From Phycisphaerales bacterium UBA2396 (lineage in GTDB: Bacteria; Planctomycetota; Phycisphaerae; Phycisphaerales; UBA1924), in contig DDSG01000029.1 in NCBI GenBank assembly GCA_002343325.1, forward strand, positions 4,718-68,717: a stretch of 64,000 nt of DNA, read 5' to 3'. Below the pieces are notes generated by a model. It was not told the origin of the DNA. It saw only the letters and a list, made by a program, of their open reading frames with translations, and made no database searches. The translations under genes were made by a program, and so were the position numbers. Shown here piece after piece: positions 60,367 to 64,000 of the stretch; the stretch's first letter is position 1; each line of letters opens with the position of its first letter.

Positions 60367-62202
60367 ATGACCGTCAATCACTCGGGAGGCCCTTCCTCCC
60401 TCCACCAACGGTATGGGCCCCCCTCAGCACCCAGCGTGCGAGGCCTCCTCAAACGCTGGATCCCCCGTTCCTCGTCCACTTCCCCCACCCCCTGCACTCA
60501 GGACGCACCCCTCCTCGCCCGCGTCCTCCACGCCCGCGCCCTCTCCCCGGACCTCGCCCACAACTTCCTCCAACCCTCCCTCCTCCACCTCCACGACCCC
60601 GCCTCCATGCCCGACATGGACCGCGCCGCCGCACGGCTCCTCGACGCCGCTCGCCAACGACAACCCATCGTCATCTACGGCGACTACGACGTTGACGGCA
60701 TCTCCGCCACCGCCATCCTCTTCCACACCCTCCATCACCTCGTCCCAAACGCCCTCGTCTCCACCTACGTCCCCCACAGACTCGACGAAGGCTACGGCCT
60801 CAACGCCGACGCACTCCGCGCTCTCGCCGCCCAAGGCGCCAAAGTCGTCGTCTCCGTCGACTGCGGCATCACCGCCGTCCAGCCCGCTCTCGTCGCCGCT
60901 CAAGCCGGCATCGACCTCATCATCACCGATCACCACAACCCCCCAGCCTCCCTCGACGATCTCCCCGACGCCTACGCCGTCGTCCACCCGCGCCGCCCCG
61001 ATTCCTCCTACCCCTTCGGCGATCTCTCAGGCTCCGCCGTCGCCTACAAACTCGCCTGGCGACTCTGCACCCTCGCCGCCGGATCTCCGCGCGTCGCCGC
61101 CAACACACGCGAACTCCTCCTCGACCTCCTCGCTCTCGCATCCCTCGGCGTCATCGCCGACATCGTCCCACTCGTCGGCGAAAACCGCGTCATCGCACGC
61201 TTCGGCCTCTCCAGACTCAAATCCTGCTCCCTCATCGGTGTCCAATCCCTCATCGACGCCTCAGGCCTCTCCGGAGACCGCGTCGACGCCTACGACGTCG
61301 GCTTCAAGCTCGCCCCTCGCCTCAACGCCTGCGGCCGCCTCGGACACGCCCGCGAAGCCGTCGAACTCTTCACCACCGCCAACCACACCCGCGCCAACGA
61401 GATCGCCCACCAGCTCACCACACTCAACAACGAACGCCGCGCCGTCGAACGCGCCATCACCGACGCCGCCACCGACATGGCCCAACTCGCCGGCATGACC
61501 TCCGACCACCGCCGCGCCATCGTCCTCGCACACCCAGACTGGCACCAGGGCGTCGTCGGAATCGCCTGCTCGAGGCTCGTCTCTCTCTTCCACAGACCCA
61601 CCATCCTCCTCGCCCAACGCGGCGACGAATGCCACGGCTCAGGTCGAAGCATCGACGGCTTCAACCTCCACCTCGCCCTCGAATCCTGCCGCGACTCCCT
61701 CCTCTCCTTCGGCGGGCACGACATGGCCGCCGGCCTCCGCCTTCACGCCCACCGCCTCCCCGAATTCACCGAACGCTTCATCGAGCACGCCAACAACGCC
61801 CTCACACCCGAACACCTCACCGCAACACTCCTCCACGACGCCGACGCACAGCCCCACGAACTCTCCCTCGACGCACTCCGCGACCTCGCCCGCCTCGCAC
61901 CCTTCGGCCGGGACAACCCGCCCGTCCGCCTCCGCCTCACCAACATCCGCCTCGACGGCCGACCCCGCACCCTCGGCGCCGACGGCAAGCATGCCTCGCT
62001 CTTCGTCCGCTCCCGCGATCGCCACCACGACCGCGTCCTCCGACTCGTCGGCTGGGACTGGGCCTCCAGACTCGCCGACATCCCCGCCGGCGCGCCCATC
62101 GAGGCCGTCGTCGAACCCAAAATCAGCACCTTCTCCGGATCCCCCACCGTCGAGGCCGAACTCCTCGACCTCCGACTCCTCCAGGACCCCCGCACCCGCT
62201 AG
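60367..62202 (+). CDS. recJ: single-stranded-DNA-specific exonuclease RecJ
   Basis: DHH motifs IVIYGDYDVDGISATAIL, VSVDCGI, ITDHHNP. DHHA1 GGHDMAAG. OB-fold C-terminus. Start uncertain (ATG 60367 or GTG 60436). The 844-aa ORF from 59668 is an artefact. Confidence 0.9.
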   Translation: MTVNHSGGPSSLHQRYGPPSAPSVRGLLKRWIPRSSSTSPTPCTQDAPLLARVLHARALSPDLAHNFLQPSLLHLHDPASMPDMDRAAARLLDAARQRQPIVIYGDYDVDGISATAILFHTLHHLVPNALVSTYVPHRLDEGYGLNADALRALAAQGAKVVVSVDCGITAVQPALVAAQAGIDLIITDHHNPPASLDDLPDAYAVVHPRRPDSSYPFGDLSGSAVAYKLAWRLCTLAAGSPRVAANTRELLLDLLALASLGVIADIVPLVGENRVIARFGLSRLKSCSLIGVQSLIDASGLSGDRVDAYDVGFKLAPRLNACGRLGHAREAVELFTTANHTRANEIAHQLTTLNNERRAVERAITDAATDMAQLAGMTSDHRRAIVLAHPDWHQGVVGIACSRLVSLFHRPTILLAQRGDECHGSGRSIDGFNLHLALESCRDSLLSFGGHDMAAGLRLHAHRLPEFTERFIEHANNALTPEHLTATLLHDADAQPHELSLDALRDLARLAPFGRDNPPVRLRLTNIRLDGRPRTLGADGKHASLFVRSRDRHHDRVLRLVGWDWASRLADIPAGAPIEAVVEPKISTFSGSPTVEAELLDLRLLQDPRTR

Positions 62203-62684
62203 GCCGACCGCACGCCGCCACCCGCCACGCGCTCCGGCGTTCGCCGCACGATCTCCGCCACGTACGCCTGAAAGTCGTCGTGCAGAATCTTCATCGATCG
62301 GTTTGCAAACATCTCCCGGAAGCTCTTCTCCGCCGCAATCTCGTACATCCGCCGCTCCCAGCTCCCAAAGTAGTCCTTCGGCAGCAGCCCCTCCCGATAG
62401 CTGAACCACACGATCTCGAACACCGACAACTGCATCAGGTTGAAGAAGTACTCCCGGATCGCCTTGTCGTCCCGCTGACCCTCCACATCGTGCGAATACA
62501 CCTCCGCCAGCCTCGGGTCATGAACCCGCAGCTCCCGAAGGTGCATCTGCAACTCCACCATCTTCGTGTAGTTCGCCACGTGCGCCACCCGACGCCAGTG
62601 CCGGAACTGAAGCCCCGTAAACACCAGACCGCACGCGATCACCAGCGACGAGATCGATTGCACAATCACCGGCAGGTATTCCAT
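62199..62684 (-). CDS. hypothetical small membrane protein
   Basis: MEYLPVIVQSISSLVIACGLVFTGLQF TM helix, then a helical domain. The 5' part of the 342-aa ORF is a Gly/Asp/Glu-rich antisense artefact over mutS. Stop overlaps the recJ stop. Confidence 0.4.
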   Translation of the reverse strand: MEYLPVIVQSISSLVIACGLVFTGLQFRHWRRVAHVANYTKMVELQMHLRELRVHDPRLAEVYSHDVEGQRDDKAIREYFFNLMQLSVFEIVWFSYREGLLPKDYFGSWERRMYEIAAEKSFREMFANRSMKILHDDFQAYVAEIVRRTPERVAGGGVRSA

Positions 62685-62756
62685 ACGCCGCCCATCGTAC
62701 CCCTCCCGACGCCTCCCCCTTCGCCCTCGCCCCCGCACGCGATACCCTCTCCTCCC

Positions 62757-64000
62757 ATGGCGGGCGACCCGCGCGAAACCCCGGCGATGCAGCAGTACTA
62801 CCGCTTCAAGCGGGCACACCCGGGGTGCGTCCTCCTCTTCCGCGTCGGTGACTTCTTCGAAACCTTCGACGACGACGCCGTCACCATCTCCAAAGCCCTC
62901 GGCCTCACCCTCACCAAACGCTCCGAAGGCGTCCCCATGGCCGGGGTCCCGCACCACCAACTCGAAAACTACCTCCGCCGACTCCTCGCCCAGGGCTTCC
63001 GCGTCGCCGTCGCCGACCAGGTCGAAGACGCCGCCCAGGCCAAAGGCCTCGTCCGCCGCGAAGTCACCCGCGTCGCCACGCCCGGCACCATCGTCGAAGA
63101 AGGACTCCTCGACGACGACGCCAACGCCCTCGCCGCCATCTGCTTCCTCGATCAAGGCGACGCCGCACCCGCCGCCTTCGCCATCGCCGAAGCCTCCACC
63201 GGCGAATTCGTCGTCGGCGACGCCCAAGGACCCTCCCTCGCCGACGAACTCGCCCGCCGACGCGTCCGCGAAATCATCTACCCCGAAGCCGGCCTCTCCC
63301 CGCCCCCACGCGTCCTCAAGCTCGCCGAATCACTCGGCATCTCCGCCACGCCACGCCCCGTCTGGCACTTCCGACGCGAAGAGTCCCTCGAATCCATCCT
63401 CTCCCACTTCGGCGTCCGAACCCTCTCGGGCTTCGGCCTCCCCGACGACGACCCCTCCATCCCCGCCGCCGGCGCTCTCCTCAGATACCTCCGCGAAACA
63501 CAAACGCCCGCCGCTCACCTCGACACCGACAACCAAGACCCCTCCAAACCCTCCCTCGCCCCCCGCGGCTCCCTCGCCCACCTCCGCCCGCCACGACGCG
63601 AAAGCCGCCACCTCGCCTGCCTCGTCGACGCCGTCAGCCTCCGCGCCCTCGAAGTCGAACGCGTCCTCCGTCAAGCCTCCGCTCCCTCTCTCGCCGACCG
63701 CTCCCTCGTCGGCCTCTTCCTCGCCCAAGGCTCCCGCTGCGTCGCCCGCACGCCCATGGGCAAACGCCTCCTCCGCGACTGGCTCGTCCGACCCCTCGCC
63801 GACCTCGACGCCATCCGCGCACGCCACGACGCCGTCGCCGTCCTTGTCTCCGACCGCCGCGCCGCCGCCGAACTCGCCGAACAGCTCGACGGCGTTCAGG
63901 ACGTCGCCCGCATCGCCGGCCGCCTTGCCCTCGACCGCGCCACACCCCGCGATCTCGTCGCCCTCGGCAAGTCCCTCGACCGCGCCGCCACGCTCGCCGC
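62757..64000 (+). CDS. mutS: DNA mismatch repair protein MutS (5' part, continues beyond window)
   Basis: MAGDPRETPAMQQYYRFKRAHPGCVLLFRVGDFFETFDDDAVTISKALGLTLTKR...PMAGVPHH is the MutS mismatch-recognition domain. Open to the window end. Confidence 0.9.
   Translation, partial: MAGDPRETPAMQQYYRFKRAHPGCVLLFRVGDFFETFDDDAVTISKALGLTLTKRSEGVPMAGVPHHQLENYLRRLLAQGFRVAVADQVEDAAQAKGLVRREVTRVATPGTIVEEGLLDDDANALAAICFLDQGDAAPAAFAIAEASTGEFVVGDAQGPSLADELARRRVREIIYPEAGLSPPPRVLKLAESLGISATPRPVWHFRREESLESILSHFGVRTLSGFGLPDDDPSIPAAGALLRYLRETQTPAAHLDTDNQDPSKPSLAPRGSLAHLRPPRRESRHLACLVDAVSLRALEVERVLRQASAPSLADRSLVGLFLAQGSRCVARTPMGKRLLRDWLVRPLADLDAIRARHDAVAVLVSDRRAAAELAEQLDGVQDVARIAGRLALDRATPRDLVALGKSLDRAATLA

Noticed and set aside
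59668-62202. 844-aa ORF extending recJ 230 codons upstream
   Set aside because: The extension runs antisense across pduO and the end of the PP2C gene with an Arg/Pro/His-rich translation. RecJ homology begins at about 60367.

Overview
High-GC (~70%) chromosomal core region. The DUF1559 prepilin-like protein, PEP-CTERM cargo proteins and Tat-secreted TIM-barrel isomerase point to Planctomycetota. Gene density is high on both strands. Recognised housekeeping genes are carB, the rplK-rplA-rplJ-rplL-rpoB-rpoC cluster, phoU, purC, mfd, miaA, cls, asnS, rlmN, glmS, ffh, atpG, icd, a PduO-type cobalamin adenosyltransferase, recJ and the 5' part of mutS. No CRISPR array, rRNA, tRNA, transposase or integrase was seen. 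The strongest non-coding element is a cobalamin riboswitch directly downstream of carB. It has a perfect TTGACA promoter in front of it and sits upstream of a small secreted PEP-CTERM protein and two tandem BFD-like [2Fe-2S] proteins. A second PEP-CTERM protein gene, with its own promoter and terminator, lies in the normally compact rplL-rpoB spacer. Other unusual features are several fusion or extended proteins: a DUF1275-STAS fusion, a GH16/esterase/transglutaminase-like lipoprotein, a 560-aa Ffh with a Gly/Pro-rich insertion, an IDH with a C-terminal extension, and a histone H1-like tail fused to DUF4287. An atpG gene stands alone without other atp genes. The many long antisense ORFs in the six-frame track are high-GC artefacts.
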